Part shown: in pieces, positions 28,433 to 39,600 of the stretch
How the letters are laid out: the number at the start of each line of letters is the position of its first letter
How positions within the stretch are numbered: position 1 is the first letter of the stretch
Source of the DNA: an uncultured delta proteobacterium
Lineage (GTDB): Bacteria > Myxococcota_A > Polyangia > Haliangiales > Haliangiaceae
NCBI GenBank assembly: GCA_963848295.1
Contig: CAWKDB010000010.1
Span: 3,456,001 to 3,520,000 of the forward strand
Direction: 5' to 3'
DNA length: 64,000 nt
The notes under the pieces: model-generated
Databases searched by the model: none
Seen by the model: only the letters and a program-made list of their open reading frames with translations
Told to the model about the DNA's origin: nothing
Translations under genes and position numbers: made by a program

Positions 28433-30370
28433 TCAGGTGCCGCCGTACATCGGCTCGCGCAGGTCGCCGCACGCGCCTGTGGCGCACGTGCACGCTCCGG
28501 CGCAGGTGTCGTGGATCTCGCCCGTCGACCAGAAGTCGCGCATCATTTGTTGTATGGCGGTGCGCCGCCTCGGGTTCTCGTGCGCGTCGTTGTTGTAGTC
28601 GAACGTGACGTTCGAGTCGGGCGGGAGCGGCGTCGGGCTCTCGTCGATGATCGCGAAGCCGCGGCGCGTGGCAGATGGCCCCGTTGCGATTCCCCACGGC
28701 GTCTCGACCGCAGGCGTGATCAGCGTCATCCCGAGCGTGCGCGCTTGAAACAGCGCCGACAGGTTCGGCACCTGCGCATCGCCGACCGACATCTGCTGGA
28801 GGATCTGTTTGTCGGGCGTGCCCGGAATCGTCATCGTCCCGGCGGTCGCACCGTCGACCTGCTCCATGCCGATCTCCAAGATCTCCTGCATCAGCGAGGC
28901 ATCGGGCGGTGTCGGGTACGCGCTCTTGAGCGGCGCGCCGAACACCTCCCACTCGTTCGAGCGCTCGAACAGCACCGACCAGTTCTCGCCGCCGACGTGG
29001 AGCACGCCGCGCGTGACGAACGGATCGTAGGCCATGAACGTCGCGCCGAGGATGCTGCCCTGCGAGATGCCGAGGAAGTAGACGCGGCTCGGATCGACGA
29101 TCGAGGCGCCGGTGTCGTCGACGAGCACGGTGCTCGCGAACACGCCACGCAGCAATTGCTCGAGCGCGATCGTGTTGACCATGCCCTGCCAGACGCGCTC
29201 GCCGAAACCCGCCGCGCTCGACAGATCGCCGAGCGCGGCGAACGCGCTCTGCAGATCGCTCGATGACATCCCGACCCATTCGGTGCCCGCGATCACGAGG
29301 CAGCCGTCGGCCGACAGGTCGCGCAGGTACTCCGACGTCTTGAGCTCGTTCAAGTCGCCGAAGAAGCCGTGGCCGTACATCAAGATCCCGGCCGGTGTCC
29401 CCGCGGTCGCGCACGGCGGCACCATGAGGAACGCGTGCGCGATCTCGGTGCCGCGCGCCATCGGCAGGCCGTCGCTGCCGCGGTGATAGCCCTCGAGTCC
29501 CGGCCCGGCGACCTCGGGCGTCGTGAAGTCGATCGAGATCCGGCGCGCGATGCGCGGATCGGCCATCACCGTGCCTTCGTCGTCGGTGATCGTATACGTC
29601 AGGTTCGCGCCGAGTGGCCCCATCGCGGCGAGTGCAGAGTCGCGCGCGGCGACCGGGTCGGCGATCGCCGAGGCGTCGTCCTCGACCGTGAAGTCCCATG
29701 CGACGATCAGATCGCTATCCGGGACGCCGGCGGCGTAGAGCGCGGCGACCGCTTCGCGCAGGCGAGGGCGCGCGGCGTCGAGCCGTGCGTTGCCGGACGC
29801 GACGTCGTCGAGCACCGCTTGAAAGCCGGCGGTGCGTTGCAGCGGCGAGCCATCGGGGTGCGTCACCGCGCGGCGGACGCCGACCGCGTAGCGATGCCCG
29901 CCGACGAGGCGTTGCGCGGGTCGCAGGTAGATCGCCTGGTTCGTGAAGTCGGACGTGACGTTCGCGTCGACCTCCGCGAAGTGCGCGACGCGCTCGCCCG
30001 TCATCATGTCGACGATCGCGGTCGAGCCGGTGCCGTCGAGGCTCGCGCCGATGTTCGTCGCCGGGATCAGCGTCGCGGGATCGACGCCGCCCTCGACCTG
30101 CCACAAGATCGACAGCGCGGCCGGCCAGCCGGTGCGCTGGTCGAGCCGGGTCGGATCGAACGCCGTGCCGGTCAGCTTGCTCGGCGGCAACGCGCCGACT
30201 GGAAGGTCGATACGCACGCCGGTCGGCGACGACGGATCGCTGCGCTCGTAGACCGACGCCGGATACGGCAGCGCGTTCGAGCCGAGGCCGAGCGCGTTGA
30301 CCTCGGGCGGTAGCGCGGCCGTGTTGTCGCCACACGCCGCGACCAAGACTAGTGCGAGCAGGGTGCGCAC
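28433..30370 (-). CDS. Lipoprotein with Ig-like N-terminus and alpha/beta-hydrolase domain
   Basis: Lipobox LVAAC; YGHG oxyanion motif, GISQG nucleophile elbow, DAQVPN, AHE. Confidence 0.7.
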   Translation of the reverse strand: MRTLLALVLVAACGDNTAALPPEVNALGLGSNALPYPASVYERSDPSSPTGVRIDLPVGALPPSKLTGTAFDPTRLDQRTGWPAALSILWQVEGGVDPATLIPATNIGASLDGTGSTAIVDMMTGERVAHFAEVDANVTSDFTNQAIYLRPAQRLVGGHRYAVGVRRAVTHPDGSPLQRTAGFQAVLDDVASGNARLDAARPRLREAVAALYAAGVPDSDLIVAWDFTVEDDASAIADPVAARDSALAAMGPLGANLTYTITDDEGTVMADPRIARRISIDFTTPEVAGPGLEGYHRGSDGLPMARGTEIAHAFLMVPPCATAGTPAGILMYGHGFFGDLNELKTSEYLRDLSADGCLVIAGTEWVGMSSSDLQSAFAALGDLSSAAGFGERVWQGMVNTIALEQLLRGVFASTVLVDDTGASIVDPSRVYFLGISQGSILGATFMAYDPFVTRGVLHVGGENWSVLFERSNEWEVFGAPLKSAYPTPPDASLMQEILEIGMEQVDGATAGTMTIPGTPDKQILQQMSVGDAQVPNLSALFQARTLGMTLITPAVETPWGIATGPSATRRGFAIIDESPTPLPPDSNVTFDYNNDAHENPRRRTAIQQMMRDFWSTGEIHDTCAGACTCATGACGDLREPMYGGT

Positions 30371-30479
30371 GATCCGGTCTTACCTCGTCGCGAAACCCAC
30401 GCGAAAGGAGTTTGGCCGCGACGCGACTTGCTGTTACATCGCGCCCGATCCAAGGTTCCCAGCTCCAACGGAGGCAGCT

Positions 30480-30932
30480 ATGGCGACCGTCGAAGTCACG
30501 GGTGACAACTTCAAGCAGACCCTCGAAAAAGGCGGCGTCGTCCTGCTCGATTTCTGGGCCGAGTGGTGCGGACCGTGCAAAGCGTTCGCTCCGGTGTTCG
30601 AGAAGGCATCGGAGAAACACCCCGACGTCGTGTTCGGCAAGATCGACACCGAGGCGCAGGAGGAGCTCGCGGGCGCCGCCGGGATCCAGGCGATTCCGAC
30701 GCTCATGTTGTTCCGCGACGGCGTGTTGCTGTTCCGCGAGTCCGGTGCGCTGCCGCCGGCCGCGCTCGACGAGCTCGTCGCGAAGGCGAAGGAGCTCGAC
30801 ATGGACAAGGTCCGCGCCGACATCGCCGAGCACGAGAAGCATCACGAGCACGGCCCGGGCTGCGATCACGATCATGACCACGAGCATCACGACCATAGCC
30901 ACGATGGTCACGGCCACGACCACGAGCACTGA
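30480..30932 (+). CDS. trxA: Thioredoxin with His-rich C-terminal tail
   Basis: DFWAEWCGPC, IPTL; GGAGG RBS. Confidence 0.88.
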   Translation: MATVEVTGDNFKQTLEKGGVVLLDFWAEWCGPCKAFAPVFEKASEKHPDVVFGKIDTEAQEELAGAAGIQAIPTLMLFRDGVLLFRESGALPPAALDELVAKAKELDMDKVRADIAEHEKHHEHGPGCDHDHDHEHHDHSHDGHGHDHEH

Positions 30933-30956
30933 TTCGATCGTGTTACCGTCGGATCG

Positions 30957-33626
30957 GTGAGAGCCAGGCTCGCGCTCGCGCTGATCGTCGTTAGCGCGGG
31001 TCACGCGCACGCCGACGACAGCAAGCCCGCGGTTCCCGACGACCCGCCGCCGCCGGAAAAGGAACGCGATGTGTTCGGCCTGTCGCCGCGCACGACCGCG
31101 CCGCCGCCGCTCGATTGCTCGGCCGGCGACGTGACGTTCGCGTGCGCGATGTCGACCGATCCGTTCGCGGCGGTCGCGCCGTTCACGCTGTCGACGTGGC
31201 TGTCCGGCAGTTACTTGATGTCGCTCCCGGTCGGCGACGCGACGCACGATCAAGTCGCCGCGTACGCGCTCGGCGCGAGTCGCGATGGCGCGGGCCCGTC
31301 GTTCGCCGGCGCGACCGGGCTCGAGAATCGCTGGACGATCGAGGGTGCGCCCGCCGACAACATCTTGACCGGCGGGGTCGACACCGTGGTCCCGCTGTCG
31401 TTCCTCGCCGGGATGCGGGTCGGTGCCGGCGGGTTCGCGGCGCGCGATCGGGTCAGCACCGGCGGCACGATCGACGTCGAGCTGATCCGCGGCGGCAAGG
31501 ACCACGTGATCGACGTCCGCGCTTGGGTCGGCGACAGCGCGAACGCGCGGGCGATCCCACCGGCGATCAACACGTACGCAGTCCGCCAAGGTCACACCGA
31601 TCCGGGGCCGACCGCGACCGCATCGATCGTCGCGAGCGGGCCGCTCGGCGATCTGCTCGGCGGTCGTGCGTGGTATGCGCTCGGGCTCGCGCCGTCGCTG
31701 CACTACACGAACTTCACGTGGCAGGCGTCGAAGCTCGTCGACAAGGATCACGACGGCGTGCCCGACGGCGTGCCCGGCTTACCCGAGCTCGATCCGATCG
31801 AGACGACGAAGGCGGCCGTGCCGTCGTGGATCGTGCCGGTGATGGCGCGCGCCGGGCTCGATCGCGGCGCCGACCATGTCGCGCTGACGCTGATCGGTGA
31901 AGCGACGCACACCACCTACAACCTGTACAACGCGACCGAGCAAGCCGCCGGCGTCGACACGCTCGACTACGTCGGTGACGCGATCGCGACGTATCGCCAC
32001 GAGGTCGCCGACACGCATGTCCGCGCGCAGCTCGCATGGCACTTCAACGATTCGACGCAGAGTGCGCACGACTCGGCGGCGCAGCATCTGCCGCAGTACC
32101 TGTCCGCGTACATTCCGCCGACGCTCGTCGACGATCCCGCGCTCGCGCAGGCATGCACCGACCCGGCGAGCTCGATGATCACGAGCTGTCCGGTGCCCGC
32201 CGGCTATTTCGCGAGCGCAGGCGCCGGCATGCTGCAAGACACGACCGCGAATCGGCTGAGCGGCACCGCCGACGTCACGCACGTGATCGCCGGCAACGCG
32301 CTGCGGTTCGGCGTCACCGGCGAGGATTCGAAGCAGAGGCTGACCTCGTTCTTCACCGGCAACACCGAGGTCATCTCGCTGTTCCCCGGCGCGATCGATG
32401 TCGTGCACCTGCTCGGACCCGAGCAGACGTGCTCGACCGATCCGTCGGTGAGCTGCCCCTACGAGAACCAGACGGAGCTGACCTACCGCACGCTGTACGC
32501 CGCGGCGTACGCCGAAGACACGCTCCATCTCGCTCCGAACGTCAACGTCGACGCCGGTCTGCGCTGGGAGCTGATGTGGGTCGGCACGAATCTGCACTTC
32601 TCGAACGAGCTCGCGCCGCGGCTCGGCGCCACCTGGGATCCGCTCGGCGGCGGGCGGTCGCGCGTGTGGGCGAGCATGGGCCGGAGCTTCGTGACGCTCC
32701 CCGCAGGCGTGGATACGTTCCTGTTGCCCGGGACGCGGACGGTCGAGGACATCACGGGCCCGTTCGGCCAGGGCCGGTTCATTCGCACCGCGCCGGCCCT
32801 CGCGATCGCGTCCGGCATCGAGCCGATGACGCAAGACGAAGCGACCCTCGGCGGAGAAGTCGCGCTCGCCGGAACGCTGCGGTTGACCGCGTGGCTCCAG
32901 GGGCGCCGGCTGTATCGCGGCATCGACACGACGACCGACGGCTTCGACAACCCGGGTCGCGCCGACGGTAACACCCCGGAGGAGCGCCAGACCGAGCTGG
33001 TCGCGGCCCAACTCGAGTCGGCGCCGACCACCCGCCTGGTGCTTCGGCTCGGCTACATGTTCGGGCGCACGATCGGGTCTTCGACCGGTGCCTACGATCC
33101 GCGCCAGGGCGCGGTGCTGTACGGCGGCTCGGACTACGACGTCACCGCGGCGAACCAGCTCGGCTACCTGCCGACCGACGCCGGCCACCGCGTATATATA
33201 GAAGGGCAGACCGGAGGCTCGGTAGGATCTGTACGGCTAGCGTTCTCGACCCGGCTGACCGCCGCCAGCGGGCTGCCGCGCGACGTGCTCGGCGACGGCG
33301 GTTTCGGCGTGGTCGAGCTACTCCCGCGCGGTTCGGACGGGCGCGGCCCGACGATCGCCCAGGCCAACGTCCGGTTGATGGCGACCTGGCGACGGTTCGA
33401 GCTCTCGCTCGACGTGTTCAACGTGTTCGACCGGCGCGACCCGACGACGGTCGGCTCGATCTACACGACCCAGTCGCTGTTACCGATCTCCGGCGGCGAG
33501 ATGGCGGACCTGGTCTTCGCACACGACGTCAACGGCCATCCACTGCAGCTCGACACCTACTACCGGCTGCCGACCAGTTTTCAGTCACCGTTCGGCGCGA
33601 TGCTCGGCCTCCACCGCAGGTTCTAA
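30957..33626 (+). CDS. TonB-dependent receptor-like outer-membrane protein (Oar-like)
   Basis: Signal peptide; plug motifs GATGLENRWTIEG, GGF.A...STGG; YAED..AGLRWE, LAPRLG, DVFNVF; C-terminal F. Confidence 0.75.
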   Translation: MRARLALALIVVSAGHAHADDSKPAVPDDPPPPEKERDVFGLSPRTTAPPPLDCSAGDVTFACAMSTDPFAAVAPFTLSTWLSGSYLMSLPVGDATHDQVAAYALGASRDGAGPSFAGATGLENRWTIEGAPADNILTGGVDTVVPLSFLAGMRVGAGGFAARDRVSTGGTIDVELIRGGKDHVIDVRAWVGDSANARAIPPAINTYAVRQGHTDPGPTATASIVASGPLGDLLGGRAWYALGLAPSLHYTNFTWQASKLVDKDHDGVPDGVPGLPELDPIETTKAAVPSWIVPVMARAGLDRGADHVALTLIGEATHTTYNLYNATEQAAGVDTLDYVGDAIATYRHEVADTHVRAQLAWHFNDSTQSAHDSAAQHLPQYLSAYIPPTLVDDPALAQACTDPASSMITSCPVPAGYFASAGAGMLQDTTANRLSGTADVTHVIAGNALRFGVTGEDSKQRLTSFFTGNTEVISLFPGAIDVVHLLGPEQTCSTDPSVSCPYENQTELTYRTLYAAAYAEDTLHLAPNVNVDAGLRWELMWVGTNLHFSNELAPRLGATWDPLGGGRSRVWASMGRSFVTLPAGVDTFLLPGTRTVEDITGPFGQGRFIRTAPALAIASGIEPMTQDEATLGGEVALAGTLRLTAWLQGRRLYRGIDTTTDGFDNPGRADGNTPEERQTELVAAQLESAPTTRLVLRLGYMFGRTIGSSTGAYDPRQGAVLYGGSDYDVTAANQLGYLPTDAGHRVYIEGQTGGSVGSVRLAFSTRLTAASGLPRDVLGDGGFGVVELLPRGSDGRGPTIAQANVRLMATWRRFELSLDVFNVFDRRDPTTVGSIYTTQSLLPISGGEMADLVFAHDVNGHPLQLDTYYRLPTSFQSPFGAMLGLHRRF

Positions 33627-33653
33627 ATCGCCCCACGTGATAGAATTTTTTTC

Positions 33654-36600
33654 GTGGCCGATGTGTCTCAGTTCGAGGAAGCTGCTGCTGCCGTCCGTCA
33701 CTCACCGCACGCGGTCAGCGCGTGGGAAGAGGTCGAGTCGCTCGCCTCTGATCTCGAGAAGCCCGACGAGATCGTCGTGCTCTACGGCGAAGCTCTCGCC
33801 GGTGCAGTCGAGCCGCAAGTCGCCGAGATGATCGGCGAGCGAGCCGGTAACTTCTGCGACGAGTGGTTCGGCGACGATCCGAAAGTCCTCGAGAAGATCT
33901 TGGCGCGCGTGCTCGAGCTCGCGCCGTCGTCGGATTCGGCGCTGCAGCGGCTCAGCGTGATCTACACGGTCGCGGAGCGCTGGGCCGACGTGCTCGCCCT
34001 GTTCGACCGCGCGATCGCCGCGACGAAGGAGCGCGGTCGCCGCACTCGGTTGTTGCGCGAAGCCGCGCAGCTCGCGAAGGACGTCGCGAATCAGCCGGAG
34101 CGAGCGATCGGCTACTACCAGCAACTGCTGCCGCTCGTTCCCGACGATGCGCAGCTCGGCCAGAGCCTCGAGCGCTTGCTCGAACGCCACGAACGCTGGG
34201 TCGACCTGATCCGCCTGTGGGAAGGGCGGATCGAGAGCCAGTCGAAGAAGGATCGCGAGAAGACGCGCGCGCGGATCGCGGCGTGCTGGCTCGACAACCT
34301 CAAAGATCCCCAGAACGCGCTCGCCGCGGTCAAGCCGTTGCTCGGCGAGGCCGAAGACGATCGCGAGAGCTGCTCGCTGCTCGAACGCATCGTCGAGGCG
34401 CCTCAGGCGACGAAGAGCGTGCGCGACGCGGCGTTGGATCTGTTGCGCTCGCATTACGACTCGACCGGCCGGCCGCGCGAGGTCATACGCGTGCTCGAGC
34501 GCGCGATCCAGCTCGACCCGACCGGCGCGCGCGAGCTGCGCGAAGAGGCCGGTCAGCGCCTCGCCGAGCTCGACGACTTGCCGGCGGCGATGGATCACTA
34601 CAGCGCGCTGCTCGCGATCGCCCCGGAGTCGTCGGTCACCGAGGAGAAGCTGCGCCAGCTCGCCGAGCGCGGCGGCCATCACGATCGCTACGCGGCAGGC
34701 GTCGCGGCCGCGGCGCGCACGAACGCCGGCATCGATCCGACGCGCAAGGTCGAGCTGCTCGGGGAAGCGGCGCGCACCCGGCTCGAGCGGATGTCGGACA
34801 TCGACGGCGCGGTCGCGCTGTTCGTCGAAGCCCAAGCGGTCAGCGGTGCCGCCGAGCACGAGCAGCTCGCGATCGCGCGCCGGCTCGCGGCGTTGTACGG
34901 CCAGCAAAACAAGCCGCAAGACCGACTCGCGGTGCTCGAGCGCCAGGCCCACCTCGAATCGAACGATGCGGCACGGTCGGCGATCCTCAGTGAAGCTGCG
35001 AAGCTCGCCGAATCGCTCGGCGACACCGATCGCGCGCTGACGTTGTGGGAGCGCCGTGTCGACAGCGATCCGAGCGATCTGTCGGCGCTCGATGCCCGGA
35101 TCGGCATCCTCGAGAATCAGAAGCGGTGGGACGATCTGGTCGCGGCGCTCGAGAGTCGTGCGAGCAAGGTCGCGTCGCCGAACCAGAAGCGCTCGGACCT
35201 CGTACGCGTCGCGCTCGTCCACGCCGAGCAGCGTCACGATCTCGATTCGGCGATCGGCGCATGGCAACGCGTCGTCACCGATCACAAAGATGACGAAGAG
35301 GGCATCTCCAAGCTCGCCGATCTGCTCGCCGAGACCGGCCGGTGGAAGGAGATGGCCGACCTGCTCGAAGGCGCTTCGGGCCGCGCGACCGCGCGCACGA
35401 TCGCGCGGTTGGTCCGCCTCGGCGATGCGTTGCGATCGCATCTCGACGAGCCGGCGCGCGCATTGACCGCGTATCGCAACGCCATCGCGATCGAGCCGGC
35501 GAGCAAAGAAGCTCGCGCCGGGCTCACCGCGTTGCTCGATCTGAAGCAGACGCGCGCGGCCGCCGCCGATGCGCTCGCGCAGGCGTTGCGAACGACCGGC
35601 GACGTCGCGGGCGTGCTCGATCTCCTGCCAGCGCGACTCGCCGAAGCCGCCGACGATCGCACCCGGCTCGCATTGTTGCGCGAGGCCGCTCAGCTCCGCC
35701 TCGAGCACAAGCACGATGCCCCCGGCGCGCTCGCGGATCTCGCGAAGGCCTTTCCGCTGGCGCCGCGCGATCAACTGATCGAGCACCAGATCATCTCGCT
35801 CGCCCAGTCGACCAACGATTGGCCGGCCGCCGCCGCCGCGTTCAAGGCCGCGATCGGAGCGCTGGGCGATGACACTCGCGAGGCCGCACGGCTGCGCCTC
35901 GCGTACGCCGATCTCGTCGCGGAGCGCCTCGACGACAACACGCGTGCGGCCGAGGCGTACGAGCAAGTCGCGGCGGTCGAGCCCGGCAATCGCCGCGCGG
36001 TCTACGCGTTCGCGCGACTCGGCGGCGCGCTCGGCGAATGGGAGAAGGCGGCGAACGTGGTCGTGCGCTACGCGATGATGCGCGAGGCATTCGACGACGA
36101 GCTGCTGTCGGTGCTCGAGCTCGCGGCCCAGGGCAACCGCGCGCACGATCTGCTCGCGCTCGCGCTCGGCGAATCGCTCGACAAGTTCAAGCTGCCGGCC
36201 GGCGTCGCCGCGTTGTTCCACCATCGGCTCGCGCTGATCCACCGCGATCATCGTCGCGACACCGCGGCCGCGATCGCATCGTTGCGCAAGGCGCTCGAGC
36301 AGGGCGGCGAACGCCTCGCGTGGTTGACCGATCTCGTCGCGCTCGAACGCGAGGTCGGCCAGACCCCGGCGCTGCTCGACGCGCTGCGCCGGCTCGCCGA
36401 CGCCGATGCGCGCGATCTCGATTCGCTCGTCGGCTCCGCGGACATCGCGAGCAAGCTCGGCGAGCGCGAGCAGGCGCTGCAGATCTTGTCCGCGGTGCTC
36501 GGCCGCGCGACGGCGGCGTGGCGCGGTACCGCGTCGATTCGCTCGGCTCGGTCGGTCGATTCGGTCGCGAAGTGGGCGATCGATGCGCTCGTCGAGCTGT

Positions 36601-39600
36601 ATCGCACCGGCGGTCGCGCGCGCGCTGCGGTCGACACCTTGGTCGAGGCGGCCCGGTTGCCGTTCGATGCGGGGACGCGCCGCGACATGCGCCTGCGCGC
36701 CGCGCAGATGGCGACGGTCGAGCTCGGCGACAACGCCGCGGCGATCGAGATGTATCGCAGCGTGCTCGCCGCGCAATCGAACGACCTCGAGGTGATCGAA
36801 CGACTCGCTCACTTGCTCGGGGTCGAAGACCGCGTGCCCGAGCTCTTGACCCTGCGCCAGATCCAGCTCGGGCTCGAGACCGATCTCGACAAGAAGCTCC
36901 AGCTCCGGCTCGAGCTCGCTCGCCTGGTCGGCATCGTCGAGGAGCGCGGCGGTCGGCTCGATGCGCTGCGCGCGAACCTCGAGGATCGGCCCGGTCACGA
37001 GGCGTCGATCGACGCGGTCGCCGAGCTGCTCGCGAACAAGGGCCAGCATCGCCAGCTCGCCGATCTGCTCGAGCAGCAAGCGCAGCGGCTCGAAGCGAAC
37101 GGCGAACCGGGGCGCGGCTCGAAGCTGTGGGCGCGCTACGCGCAAGTCACGGAGCAAGACACGAAAGAAGTCGAGCGCGCGATCGCCGGCCATCGCCGCG
37201 TCGTCGCGCTGTCGCCGACGCCCGAGTCGCTGCGCGCGCTCGCCCGGCTCAACCTCGACCGCGGACAGTCGGCGCAGGCGGTGCCGTGGCTCGAGAGCCT
37301 GCTCGGCACCGTGCCGCCGAACGAACGCTTGATCGTCGTGCACCAGCTCGCGAAGGCGCACTTGTCGGCGAACCAGACCGATCGCGCGATCGCGGCGATC
37401 GAGGTCAACCTCGACGACAAAGAGCCGGCGCTCGAGCTTCGCACGTTGCTCGCCGAGCTCTATCGCAAGGCCGATCAGTGGGAGCCGCTCGCTCGCCACC
37501 TGACGCGCAGCTTGCCGCTGATCAAGGACGAGCGACTCGCGCGCGACTTCGCTCGCGAAGCGGTGCAGCTGTACCTGACGCGGCTCGGCTCGCCCGCGAA
37601 AGCGATTCCGGCGCTCGAGACCGCGCTCGCGCTCGACCCGACCGACAAGGAGCTGCGGACCGCGCTCGCGGTCGGCCAACGCGTCGCCGGTAAGCTCGTC
37701 GAAGCACGCGCCGCCTTGGCCGAGCTGATCGCCGACTTCGGTCGCCGGCGCTCGCCGGAGCGCGCCGCCTTGCACGTCGAGCTCGCGCGCGTCGCTCAGG
37801 CCGAGGGCAAGACCGACGAGGCGATGGCCGAGCTCGAATCCGCGGCGAAGATGGACGCGTCGAACCCGGCGATCCAGAAGGAGCTCGCCGAGCTCGCCCG
37901 CTCGGTCGGTCAGCTCGACAAGGCCGAGCGCACGTATCGCGCGCTGCTGCTGGTCGTCCGGCGCACGCCGCCGGGCGACGACGAGAACGCGGTCGGTGCG
38001 AGCGAGGTGTTGTTCGAGCTCCACAAGCTGTCGGCGTCGCGCGGCGAGTCCGATCAGGCCAAGGAGCTGCTCGAGTCCGCGATGGAAGCGGCGATCCAAT
38101 CGGACGCCGAGGTCCGCCGGTTGCGCCGCAGCTTGCTCGCCCACAACGAAGGCGAGCTGTTGCTCAAGGTGCTCGGCAAGCGGCTCGATACGAACCCCGA
38201 CGTGCACAGCCAGGCGCGGTTGCTCAGCGACATGGCCGACGCGCTCGACGGGCTCGGCCGCGGCTCCGAGGCACTCGACGCGCTGATCAAGGCGTTCGGC
38301 GTGATGCCGTCGCGGCTCGACCTGCACGAGCGCGCCCGCGAGCTCGCGAAGAAGCTCGGCCAGACCAAGCGGTTCGTCGACGCGGTCGACACCGTCGTCG
38401 ATCGGCTGCGCCGCAAAGATGATCCGCCGCTGATCGCGAACCTCTTGATGCGCGCCGGCGATGCCCTCGAGAACGAAGGCGGCGACCTGCGCGGCGCGGC
38501 GAACCTGTATCGCCGCGTCGAGATCCTCGGCGAGAAGCTCGCGGAGGCGTTCTACGCGCAAGCGCGGATCGCCGCGGCGCTCGGCGACACCGCCGAGCAA
38601 GCGCGCACGCTCGACAAGATGTTCGAGCTCGCCGGGAGCGACGCCGAGCCGACCCCGGCTCAAGTCGACGCGTTGTATCGCCTGTCCGAGATCTTCATCG
38701 GCAGCGATTCGCGGCGCAAGCAAGGCGTCGAGCTGCTCGAGCGCGCGTTCGCTGCCGAGCCGCGGTGGGCGCAAGCCGGCCGGCTGCTCAAGGACGCCGC
38801 ATCTCGCGATGCGAGCGACGAGAAGATCCTCGCCATGTACGAGCGGGTCGCACGCAACGGCGGCGATCAGGAGCTGCTGCTCGACTTCCTCGAGCGCCGC
38901 GGGGCCTTGCCCGGTGCAACGCCGCAGCAGATCCGCGAAGCGGTGGATCTTGCGGTCGAGCTCGCACAAGACGCGCGGGCCGAAGCCTTGCTCGTTCGCG
39001 CCGTCGCTGCCGCGCGCGACACCGCCGATGGCATCGGCTCGGCACCGTGGGCGATGCTCGCGCTCGCCGAGCGTCGACTCGCGGCCGGCGATCTGACGCA
39101 GGCGCGCGACCTGGTCTACGAGATCGCGCCGATCGTCGAGCCCGAGCACGTCGATGGCCTCGCGATGCGGATCGCGACCCGCGCGCTCGCTCATCGCAAG
39201 ACCCAGCTCGCCGCCGACGTCTACGAGTTCTTGCGCGAGCGCAGCCCGGCCGAGCGCGCGGTGTGGCAACCGTTGCTCACGATCTATCGCGAGCTCGGCG
39301 ATGGCGATCGGCTCGGCAGCGTCGTGTCGTCGACCTTGCCGAACCTCGTCTCGCCGGCCGAGCGCAACGCGCTGCGCATCGAGCACGTCAAGTTCCTGAT
39401 CGAGAACCTCAAGCGCCATCACGACGCGCTCGACGTGTTGCGCGATGCGCTGCGCGACGACGCCGATAACCTCGAAGCCGCCGAGATGTACGAAGCGACG
39501 CTGCGCGAGCTCGGCGACGACGATGGCATCGCCGAATTTCTGTGGTCGCGATTTGAAGACGCGCAGCGCCGCGGCCACCGCGACTCGACCGTCGACGTCG

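Noticed and set aside
27803..28608. C-terminal extension of the 27211 ORF (465 aa)
   Set aside because: Runs antisense through the rhomboid gene; better explained by a 1-nt insertion near 27765.
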